From contig NMRA01000002.1 in NCBI GenBank assembly GCA_002633005.1, forward strand, positions 1,013,278 to 1,077,277: 64,000 bases of DNA, in the 5' to 3' direction. Both the position numbers and the translations under genes were made by a program. This document shows positions 12,001 to 22,795 of the stretch, piece by piece. This DNA is from Phoronis australis. Taxonomy: Eukaryota > Animalia > Phoronida. The stretch's first letter is position 1. Each line of letters begins with the position of its first letter. The notes below the pieces were generated by a model, which was not told the origin of the DNA, did no database searches, and worked only from the letters and a program-made list of their open reading frames with translations.

Positions 12001-13651
12001 AATTTGCAATTCTTAATGTTGAAAGTTTTGTTCGTGTTTAACAGTTGTTCATTATCAACATATCTTCCAAAGTTATTCTGTCTGAAGGTAATAGTTGATG
12101 TTGTTGAATCTGGTGGTTAATCTGAAGATTTGGTTGACGGCACTGCCGCCGTTTATCACTGGGAAAGTTGTCAGCTCGTTAACATCTGGTGATGTCACAG
12201 ATGTCTTGGTGACAAGTCAAGAATACAACAAAAAACAACACTTGTCACCAGAACTGAAACTTTTGGTGTGGGTACAAATGAGCAAATATACAATAAATGA
12301 CACCGAAACATGTCAAGTCGACTTGAAACCATTGTTGTTTTCTTTAATATAAAATAATAAGACTGGAAACGAGCCTCAAAGTGCATGATACACAGACTTT
12401 GAGCATATCTTTTGCACGGAAGATTCTGGAAGCACTCCCATTCGATCACACTGAAGTTAAATCTCACCAACTAAAACACAAATTTTAAATGGTGTAAGAC
12501 AAATTATAGATAACCTTGCAGATCCCAAAGTTATATCTATGATGTCACCGGATGTTTATATGCTGTCTCACAATGAATTAATATAACCACAGCAATGTCG
12601 CTAATGGGGAAGATTGAACTTGATAAACTTGAAGATTCGGTGCTGACATCTGGTGGTGTCATGTAGCTCACTAGTAACACCAGGAGATAGCCAGCATGCA
12701 ACCAATAGTGTCTTCCTATTGCGTTACACCTATTTAGAATGCTTTGGTGTAAAGAACATTACAAGTATTGATGGTGTCCCAAAATAATATACTCACACTT
12801 CAAATGTCAATAACTGCTTTGTTTACTGACTGAAAACAAGATTGTTGGTTCAAATCCATAAATAGGTGGTAAAAAAGAATCGAGTCTTTAAACCAAAATA
12901 AATGCATTGTTTATTTACCCGGGAAGAGGATTAATAGTCTTTTCACTTCTTTGATGTTTTTTGTTTTCCAAGAATTGCACGATAAATTTTTGTTCTCTAG
13001 GACTGAGTCGTTTGTTTGCCAGTCCCGTGGATACAGAGTATGTGACGGGGTCAGATGCACTTACATTACAGCAAGCTCTATTTTAATCATTAATTCGTAT
13101 ATGAATTTTTTGTGGGAAGTTCGAATCAGAGTGGTTTTTCTTGGAATTGAGCTAGTCTAAGTAGTAAGGGTATAAAGCAATGAACTGATGAATCCCTCAC
13201 ACTTCCAATAGACTAATCCAGATCCTGTTCTCTTCTGCAAAGTGTGCCTGTGAATTTCTAAAGTGTGGATTGATCAGTTTATAAAATCTTCCAGTGACAT
13301 TGTTGAAAGTGAGTCTACCCTCAAAGGGCATTCTTCATCACCGCGGTTAATTCTTGGGCCTTGTTAAGAGAATCATGCATGATTTTGAAATGTTTTCTGG
13401 GAGAATGAGCCTGTTATTTGGTCCCATAATCAAGGCGATGTGGGCTTTGCGTTTGAATTTATTTTTTTTTTCTTGACAGCTGTACAAATTTGATCTTTAC
13501 TTATTTGTTACAGGTGGTGCAATTAAATAAATCCCCTCTTATGGTGACTCTGATAGCGAGTTCATCAGCAAACACTGGATTATTGCTGAGTTTAGATGGT
13601 GAAATGACAGACATTCTTAAAGATTTGCGTCAGGTGGTTGATGTACAGTGA
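9075..13651 (+). CDS. LAMTOR3: Ragulator complex subunit LAMTOR3 (MP1), complete spliced CDS join(9075-9083,10450-10484,11060-11118,11817-11950,13514-13651), 124 aa
   Basis: Five exons with GT-AG borders sum to 375 nt and translate without stops to MAEELKKYLFLLLKQVDGLHAIIITDRDGVPVLKVNTENAPEKAMKPGFLQTFGMMSEQASKLGLSKNKHVIASYTTYQVVQLNKSPLMVTLIASSSANTGLLLSLDGEMTDILKDLRQVVDVQ*. This is colinear with vertebrate LAMTOR3 (GLHAI..DRDGVPV, SKLGLSKNK, IASSSANTGL). Confidence 0.97.
9345..9654 (-). mobile_element. Penelope-like pseudo-LTR fragment in LAMTOR3 intron 1: structured RNA, degenerate hammerhead core and first 48 codons of ORF
   Basis: The - strand reads CTGAgGg-TGAGA(catgtgc)TCTC-GAAA (9561-9587), then ATG at 9488: MGKFASQLQSTHRELYRAYERVYIKLNSKNFSRVVNYVCVNEGLLPNY. 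This resembles the E..KL....S..FN..C..E.LLP.Y N-terminus I recall from Penelope-like ORFs. Confidence 0.6.
10450..10484 (+). CDS. LAMTOR3: LAMTOR3 coding exon 2 (ELKKYLFLLLK)
   Basis: tgttttcag|GAATTG...AAACA|gtaagt, 35 nt, phase 0 to 2. Confidence 0.93.
11060..11118 (+). CDS. LAMTOR3: LAMTOR3 coding exon 3 (VDGLHAIIITDRDGVPVLK)
   Basis: tttttcag|GGTTGAC...AAAG|gtgaaa, 59 nt; diagnostic motif also visible in ORF 10827..11141. Confidence 0.97.
11817..11950 (+). CDS. LAMTOR3: LAMTOR3 coding exon 4 (NTENAPEKAMKPGF...SYTTYQ)
   Basis: tgttttcag|TAAAC...TATCAG|gtagga, 134 nt, phase 1 to 0. Confidence 0.97.
13514..13651 (+). CDS. LAMTOR3: LAMTOR3 last coding exon (VVQLNKSPL...VVDVQ*)
   Basis: ttgttacag|GTGGTG...CAGTGA, 138 nt with TGA at 13649-13651. 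Confidence 0.97.
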   Translation: MVQLNKSPLMVTLIASSSANTGLLLSLDGEMTDILKDLRQVVDVQ

Positions 13652-13860
13652 GGTGCTTAGGACAATAATGTCTCCGGATAAGAAACGCAACTTTGTTAAT
13701 GCAACTTCACGCCATGTCAGGATCAGCAAATTGATGGATATTTTTCTGCCATGAAAACTATTTGTTCTCATAGCAACACTTTTAGTGCAGTTGTTATCAT
13801 ATCGATGAATCATTCAGTGATTTCCGTGTCTGTCATATCTGAGAAAGGAAATCATAAGAA

Positions 13861-14138
13861 GGGCTCTGTTTCATGAAAAGTGGCTCTCATGAATTAAGTC
13901 AGAAATTTAGGCTTACGCTCCACACAACTGTTTTGAGAAAAATAATTAAGTCTCCCCTGAGCAAGAGTGCAAAGTCTCTGAGAATATCCGCATGACTGTC
14001 AGTTACTGAGATAATTCATGTTAATTATTTCTAGAGTGTTTTGTGCTGATAAGTACTTGACCAGACATTTTTTCTGCAATTGTGAAGTTCGAGCGTAAGA
14101 CCAAACCAAATCTAAAGTCACATTCATGAAATGGACTC
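13861..14138. mobile_element. PIF/Harbinger-like MITE in the LAMTOR3 3' region
   Basis: Imperfect TIR gggctctgtttcatgaa / ttcatgaaatggactc and inner IR ggcttacgctc / gagcgtaagacc; diverged homologue at 53440-53650. Confidence 0.6.
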
Positions 14139-14547
14139 AAGAACTGCAAACTGTAAAATATGAAGAAGTATATGTTCAATTGAATACTCGAATGTTTATT
14201 TCCGACATTCAGTTTTGTTGGGTCACTAACCATAACAGAGTTCTTGTCTGCGTGGACTCCCTGTTTAATTGAAATATCGATATGGTTCTGTGTGGAGCAT
14301 ATTTTTATTTTTAAACGTGACTGCAGATTCCCTTGTCACTTATGAAGTTATTCTTATTGTCATCATGTGTCAAATGTGTTTATTTGTATTTCAAAGTGGG
14401 AGTATTGTAAGATCTCGCCAATTTAGGACAAAGGGTGATAAACAAATTAAACCTTTTTTGTCATTTTTCAAGAGTTTGAAGCAAAATTGTTAATGCCAAC
14501 ACCGAATTCCTTGATGAAGCATTATTTGATGCTGCTTGTTATTTATG

Positions 14548-14553
14548 AATAAA
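14548..14553 (+). terminator. Candidate polyadenylation signal for LAMTOR3
   Basis: AATAAA about 0.9 kb after the stop, followed by T/GT-rich sequence; ATTAAA alternatives lie near 14445 and 14648. Confidence 0.4.
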
Positions 14554-17500
14554 ATGGGAGATAAAGTTTCACTTGCCCACCGTATTTTGTCATAAATTGG
14601 TGAGATTGTGTCAAGTGAATACCTCGTTGGCTGTTGATATGAAACATATTAAATGATTAAAACAACAAATTGTGAAATCTTTGCAGAAGTCTGTAAGCAT
14701 CTGTAAATTTAAGGGGTACAATTGAATGTCATGAGTCAGCCTTCAAGTAACGACATTATGAAACGAGGGAAAATATTGTCACTACCACAAACGTGATTCA
14801 GTTTTGTTTGTTTATCAGTATTTGATATTGGAACCGGATGCCGTTGTGGTTGAAGTAAAAATGGCCAAATATGCGTTCTGTGGTTCTCCGATGTCCTTGT
14901 CCATATTTCATTATACACATTCATTTCTGCGAGCCCATTTCATCATGAGTATTGAGTCTTGCATGCAGCCACAGCCCAAAAAATGTAAAAAAGCTCTTTG
15001 TTGGCCACCATGGCACAACTTCTGAATTGTGACAATTTGGGTCAGACTTAGTGGTTATATAATTGTCTTGCTTGACGGGCGAGTCAACGCAAACTTTATT
15101 ATCGAGCAGTAAGTTATGCGCACAATGCCGTTGTGCACGCCCTCCCACGTTCTATTTGTAAAAAGCGGGGCTGTGGGGTTTTAGTCCACCAGTACTTGTA
15201 GTAGCGGAACGGAGTCATGGTGCGTTATGTTGAGTACCGCCCTTTTCAGTGAAATAATCTACCAGGCTAAAACTTTTCCCCAGATACTTCAACTTCAATT
15301 TGGGCCTCTGTGACAATTTGATCTGGCGTGCAAAAATGGTAACAGTTTGAGCCCGGCAATGTTGACCAAGTAATGGCATAATTCAGACTTTGTTTCAGTT
15401 TGGACCTGCGCAGTTTGTCCTCTCGCAAATCACGACTGCGGTCGCGTCGGAGCCTAAGACCATCGCGTGACAGTCTTTTTACAATTAAAATAAACTGTTA
15501 CAATGGAAATGACTTAATGGTGACAGTTCCAAGCGTGATGACTCTTAATGACCAAGTTTCATGAAGATGGCCGGAGGAACGACCGACCGAAACGTCGTGC
15601 CAATGTAACTAGGCTAGAGGTTGGTACAATTGATAGACCAGGTTTTAGAAATGGGATTAGAAAGGTCAATCAGTGTTTTCGCAAGTCCACAAACGCGGTA
15701 AAAATTTGAGTCTCAGTGGCGAATAGCTGTTAGGTGGCAATCTATTAACTCAGTCTGGAATCGGTGTATCTTTCACCAATAGCCAAAGCGCCTACTGCTT
15801 GTTAGATGACAACTATGGTCCACATTCATTATTTACTTGATCACTAAGTGGTGTGCTGTGCAAATGACTGGTTGTGAATCCAAGTAACAGGTGTACATTA
15901 GCCTAGTACCAGGAAGACATTGTTAAGTACATCGTAGGTGTGGGTTTCAGTACTGAAGCGCCATTACTTCGTCAGTAACCACAGGAGGAGACATGAACTA
16001 GACAACAACATAAAAAACTACAGTTAGAAAATAGCCTACCTGATGGTGCAAGCCAAAGACAGACTATTGTACAACAAAGTGGAATTGTTTACCGAATTGA
16101 GTATGAAGACAATTAGTTTTCACGGAAACCTAAAGTGACGAAACTGAACAGACCGTTGGTCTAAGACCACAGAAGGTGCATGTGTAGCTCTTCAAAATGA
16201 AGAAAACGGTGCGGGTCGGGTTTGACAGCAGTCTGTGGACTAATGGGCAGTGATTTGAAGTTGTTTTGAGTAAATTGAGTCCAAAAATTTGGCCTGTGCT
16301 CTTTTATACTAGGATACGGAAGTGCCGCCATTTTGAGAGCACCTCCCTGTTGATTCTTGAATTCTTGTGCGCAAATCCAGGTACCATTCAGTGAAGTGGA
16401 AATCGTCAAAAATTTGGTAAGTAACGACGTATTTTAACCTAATTTTTTGGAATCTAGAGTAAAAGAACATTCGGATGGTGGTCTCTTTTTCTTCACCGGG
16501 GAAGTCGTGAATTAATGAATTCAGATGAGAAAAGGCTAAAACCGCTTTTTTGTGGTCATCTCCATTTTCTACGTCAGTGGATGTAGCAAGGTACAAAGAC
16601 GTGGCTTTCTTGAATTTCCCCATTTTTAACTAAATTCCTTAGAGTGTACTTTCTCGCAGTTATGCCTTTTTTAAGGTGTCAGCTGTGCAAATACAAGGTC
16701 TTTGATTAACCCAGGCCGTTTTTGTGTCTGGTCAAAACACGATTCCTTGAAACGTGCCGAACAAAGTGTGGCTCCCCACTGAATCGTATGTTCCACACTG
16801 ACATTCCAGACTCTCGTGCGGCGCACAAACCGATGCTATTTCTGTGCAACTTTCACGTATTTAAGAAATTTAAACACAGAGACGTTCTCGGTCACGTTTC
16901 TGTTACAATAGCCTCCACAAACGCACCTTTTCGTGTCTGAAAAAGGCGACTCTCCGTCATGGACGTTCCTCACAACTCGGTATCGCACTGATAAAAACAA
17001 CAACGTCGGAAACGGTCTTCCACCCATTACGTACAACCCCGATAACAGAATTTTTTTTTAAAATTTTTGGCTTGTTTCTTAGCAATAGGTACACTAGGGG
17101 CTATTAAATCTCTTAAGATGTATTAATGAAATTCTTTATGAGACACGGTCATGGTAGAAACTCTTTAAAGTTGATTTTGACAAACACGTGACGATAAAAT
17201 ACTCAATTTCAATACTCATAAAATCTGACCACATTTATTGGAATCATGAGATTCTCGATTGCTTGCTGCAAACCCACTTTTAATCAAGTACGACTTTACA
17301 GTATTTCTTGCATAAGATGGCCCATTACCATCAACAATCGCCCTCGCACTTGTCAGTTGTGTTTTCTTTAAAACTGCCATTTATTTACAAAGTGCTTTTT
17401 CCTTACTATACTTGTACACACAGTTTTTCAGGAAGTATCTGGGTGGCGCTTGTTACGAATTTAATTATTCCGGGTTTTAATGAGACAGAGCATATTTAAA

Positions 17501-20485
17501 CATGCACATCTTTTGTGCTCTCTTGTCTTCGGGTAAGAAGCGTCTGACACTGAGCGCTCTCTGTTGGCCACTTTCGGCTGTTTTCGCTGATTCTTCTTTC
17601 AATTCACTGCTATTTTTTCAACAGTGTTGTGCACCATTCAAAATTACCTACAGTAGTTGCACGTTTAAGTACTTTATTACCAAGACCAAACTTAAGCGAG
17701 GAAATTTTGCTTCTGTGAAGTTGTCACTAATCATCTACCAAACCAAAAATCTAGCAAATGGCGTGTGAGCGGGTCACAAGTGTACCGTTTTTATATCGAA
17801 ACCCGATTTTTCTTTCCATATAGCGGGAGAGTGATGAAAGAAAAGGACGCTCATCAAATTGTGTTTCTTATTAAACCGCTGTCACTGACGTGGGCGTCAT
17901 TTGAAAGTCGGAGTGACGAAACATTTTTGTGTATGTCTCGTTTTCAGGGGATGGAAAATATAGTTGTGGCGAACTGAAAAAGCAAGTTTCGCTTTAATTG
18001 CCAAATTTTTACCCTCGTCGTTCACTAGTAGCCAATACCCTGAGCTCAAACCACAGGCCCTTGAATCTATTTCCTGTACTCACCACTTGCACCATCAGTC
18101 ACTAACATTAAAAAGCATGTTTCTTGTATGGTTATGAGTCACATGGAAATTCGTGTGCCTTTGGCTCAGAGCTGAGGTGCGGCTTGGAAACGTTTTCCCA
18201 GAATCTGGGAAGTGGGCATAAATCAGAATTCGCATAATGGGGGTAAAATACTTCTAGAGTGTGCAAATGCTAACAAAATCAAATTTCCGGGGGTATTTAT
18301 GGAATTATACGGGATCTTACTCGGGTATGTTGTGCTTTATTTTACCTTCCTAGATATGTAACAGCGACGAATCATTTCGCCTGCCAGGCTATGCTTACAG
18401 GTTTTAACCTAATGACGTCTAGTAACTCGAATGTTACTCAATGAACCAAGTAAATACAAATAATTCACAATTTCACCGCTAGGTGAAAAATGCAAATGTG
18501 GGATCCACAGGGGAATGAAAACGTGGAATCTTTGAGTGAAGTTATGTTGAAGCGCTTGCCTTCCATGCAGTTATATTTGTCGCGTCATTTCTGTAATTAT
18601 GGTATTGAAAACGAAGGTGTGCGGTTAGTGGTGCAAGTGTGAAAAAAAAAGAAAAAATATGTCGTAAAAAAATGTGATGGAAGACAGTATGTCGTTGGAG
18701 CTGTCACAACAGTCAGAAGAAGCTGTACACATGGAAGCAATCAATTTGCAGTCAAAATGGCGAAAAACGTCAAGATTACCAGTGTTTGCTGCCGTTCAAG
18801 ATTTTTGTATTCTCAAAAACTCAATAAGCTGGAGAGAATGGTTACGTGCAATAAACACAAAATAATACTATAAAATTAAATTATTTTCTGTAATTTAAGA
18901 AAATTAGAGAAATGTAACTTTTTCTTTAAAATACGATTTTGACATTTTTCAAATATTGATGAAACTGAGTGAGCCGCAAACAGTGGAGCAGAACCATAAA
19001 CTAAAAAATATATGAATAATTCCTCCACTTATATCAATTCGAAGTGTCTGAAATCGCTTTTTAATATTGATTTACATGAATTATTTTGATATGAAAGTGG
19101 CGTTTTAAGTCAGCGAGTTGATTTCTTACCGAGGAAGCGACCGGCTGCGACGGGATCCTTCCCCACGACGACATATTATTTAAATAAAAATAAAAGTTTT
19201 GGTGACCGTTTTATGAAGTTTGTGTCTAAATGAAATTTAAAAAGGTGTCATCATCACGACGTTGATCCTTGTGTTAAGTTTGGATATTTAGACATCGCGC
19301 AAAAAATGATTATACTGTACACGTTATCGTACTCCATTACGGTTATTCAAGACTAGCAGAAGAGTCGTATTTAGTTTGTTTTTCTCACCACTGTGAAATT
19401 TGTGCATGTTTTGGTAGTTGGGAGAGTGACGGGAATTTAAGGTACTCATATTCAAGTGTATTGTTGAAAAATCAAAAATGCAGGTAGGTTCTTTGCATTA
19501 CATTGCCTGCTGTTGGCGACTCAGCTCGTCTACGAAACAAGCCTGAAGCAGAAGAAATCTCAACTTGATTTAGTTTTGTAAATAGAGCCCTGCAGTATTT
19601 CAAAATACTAACTTATCGTCAGTGACGTTGGTAATGAAGTAGACTGGAACTCTGTCACGCGGTTTAAATATAATTCGCTATTGCTGGTACTGAACTGCAC
19701 TGAAATGTCGCGTGGTTACGTGATCACGTAATGTCCGCCTCCGTATTTTGGCGCGTGCATAGGTCTAATGGTTCGTCCATTTCCGTGTGACGTTATCGTG
19801 TACATTACTGCATACAGTACCGTAATATAGCTTTAGCAATGTATTTGGCAGGTTTTCCTTATTTTCGGATATATTGAAATACTTAGGCTATCCCGTCAAA
19901 CTATGTGGATAGGCACTGTTACCTGTATCTTGGCAATCGTTTTCATCACATCTCCCTTTCGATATTTTTAAAATAGTGACTAGAGTTTGCATTCTTTGAA
20001 CTCAGCATCAGTTCTCAAGGCCACTACAATTATTGTCTGGCGGCTCATGATCCATGTTTACGATAAACAAAGATTAAATATCACAAAATTTTCATAGCGC
20101 GTGCATTTGACAATAACGTGCAGCATTTCGCGTTTGCGGCTAAGTCAAACTTCATTTTTACTGAGTTTTAGTGCAGTGAAAGCACAAGGTGTTCCATCGA
20201 ACTTGGAATCGGGATGGGAAACGACGTGGTCGAAAACAGACTCTCACACCCTCAAATCCTAATCAGCCCGAAATACACGAACAGCGACTTTTAAAACAGG
20301 TCCCGGGGATCGGACAGGACAATCAGGGATCGAAAAACACTCCCGCACTCATGCATACTGTCAAATAATTGTGTTACATTGCAAACAAACTTATTGGAAA
20401 GATGTTTCTCTAAAACTAAACGTCTCGTTGTTATGAAGTAAATATTTTTAGTTTGAGACTGGAAATTTACCAGATTCTGCGTCAT

Positions 20486-20815
20486 CTCTTTTTACTCAAA
20501 TTCGAACTCGAGATACAAATTCAAGATAACAAGTGACTGTTATTCTATGCTAGAGAACATAATGGCTTTACGTGGATAAATATCTGTAACCCAAGTCTAC
20601 AGATGATGGACCCCAGTATAAAGGTTAACATGTCGAGTATGAACTCGAAAGCTCGAATCTAGTGGCCATCAAGTTCGAATTTGAACTAGAAACTGATGTA
20701 TATATAAATCAAAATGTACTCTGGCACTGACTAATAGTAACTTGTATTGAATTCTCACAAACGTAGAACGGATAATGCCAAAAATAAACTCGAGTTCGAA
20801 TCCGAGTGTGAAGAG
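20486..20815. mobile_element. MITE with 27-bp TIR (second copy 23586-23917)
   Basis: ctctttttactcaaattcgaactcgag vs ctcgagttcgaatccgagtgtgaagag, with internal ctcgaa/ttcgaa motifs. Confidence 0.7.
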
Positions 20816-22549
20816 TATAGCTCGGCCCCTGGATTGCTGAACACAACAAATGCTGGGGACGAATGTCATGAACAACAATAAATAAGGAAACAATGATTAG
20901 CCTGAATGTGCGGCTTTTGGAACGTGTGTGACACAAAAGAGTTCAACAAAATTTACACTATTTATTATATGTTAATAAATGAATGAGTCCACTGATACAC
21001 TATCAAAGTTGTTTTAAATGATAGCAATTTTTTGTAGTTTTCATGGTTTTAGTACAACTCCTCATTCGTCAATTAACGTTCTTTATTTCACTCGTCCCTT
21101 ATACACGGACCTTGACGCGGGGATTTCTTAGGATGTGGGTTACTGTTGAGCGAATGCTGTCAACATCAACAATATTTTTTGGTCAATAACATTTACATGA
21201 TGAAATATCAACATGACCAAGGTTACCCATTAGGACTACATAAAGCGGAAGAGAGAAGCAACCGTACACAACTTGATACGACCGCGTAGGTACATGTAAA
21301 TATCACAGGGTAGATAGCATTAGCCGTTGTCTACTACAGACTATTACGTTAGTGTTGCTGTAAAACTAGGAAACACATTGGTTCCTAATGTAAAACTACA
21401 TTAATGGCTGAATACGAAACTCGAATTGCCTGGATCTTTTGTTCCCATAAAATAGCATCCCTTAACTTGACGGGGTTCTATTTTCAATACAGACAAGGAC
21501 ATCGAAACCAACCAGCGAATCGAGAAAACGCTTTAGAGTTTATTGCACTTTGCAAACACTAAAATCCAAAAATGGCGCATCACGCATTGCTTGTGACTAG
21601 AGTTGGTAACAGAAATCGAGTCATATTTCGATAAGGAGCATTATGAGACAGATTTTGTGAAGAGCAAAGGGCCTTCATTTTAGCCAGGTAAACAGGGCCA
21701 AAGGGAGCTTAAACTGTACGCTGCATGAAACAACATGGAAACTATATGCGGGTTTATATAATGCGAGTCGGTTGGCGCAAAGCCATTGCAACGGTGAGAC
21801 GACGAATGCGATCAGAAGCCTAATACATCTACATAAGCTTGTTTCCACGATTTTATTGAGTAGTACTTACGGACGCATTCGTAGTGAATTAATCTGTGTA
21901 GCAGGAATACGCAGCGTACGTTCCCTGAGTGGTGATTGAGAAGCGTAGGGATCATAGAGGTAAGTAGAATTGAGCTGTCCATTTGCTTCAACGTGATCTG
22001 TGGCTTAAAAATAACCACACAGTTGACTGAAAGATGAATAAATATGCGAAAAAAATACTTTTTATAACGATTGTTGTGTAAAAGTGATGTTTGTGAACTC
22101 CAAATCACGACATAAACATTTTGTTCTGTTTCAAGATCCCGTCTGTTAACGCATCGTGAGCGTGATGTCAATACTCAGCGCTTTCAAGCTGAAGATGAGT
22201 TTTTTGGCGTATGATTTANNNNNNNNNNNNNNNNNNNNNNNNNNNNNNNNNNNNNNNNNNNNNNNNNNNNNNNNNNNNNNNNNNNNNNNNNNNNNNNNNN
22301 NNNNNNNNNNNNNNNNNNNNNNAAACAGGAATCCCGGGGATCGGACAGGACAATCAGGGATCGAAAAACACTCCCGCACTCATGCATACTGTCAAACATT
22401 GTTTATCTCAAGAAAATAGTACCCTTTAAATGGCTTTATGTTCATACTACATGTATCATATTCACATCTTGATGAAAAAATAAATCTTCCTACTTTAAAT
22501 ATTTCTTGTGATATGTTGTTTTACTATGTGAGAATTTTAGACAACTTAT

Positions 22550-22795
22550 GATCGATTGGCGTTCTAACCTTATTCTGCTGCTGCAGTTGTGGTGCGATCT
22601 TTTGCATCGGCTTTCGGGCCATGAAACATTGCGCCACCTATTGGTTAGTTTCTTTTTCCCCCAAATTCTCCAATCAACTGTACTTCTTCTACAAGGTTGC
22701 GTAAATGTCACAACAAATTAACGGAATTGGTTTCATTTCGTTACAAGTTTTTAGTATTTTAATACCAGCAAACCGAATTTCTGAACAAATTTTGC
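22550..22795. repeat. Dispersed repeat, homologous to 33075-33320
   Basis: Shared aggttgcgtaaatgt, tttcatttcgtta and agtattttaataccagcaaaccgaatttc. Confidence 0.8.
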
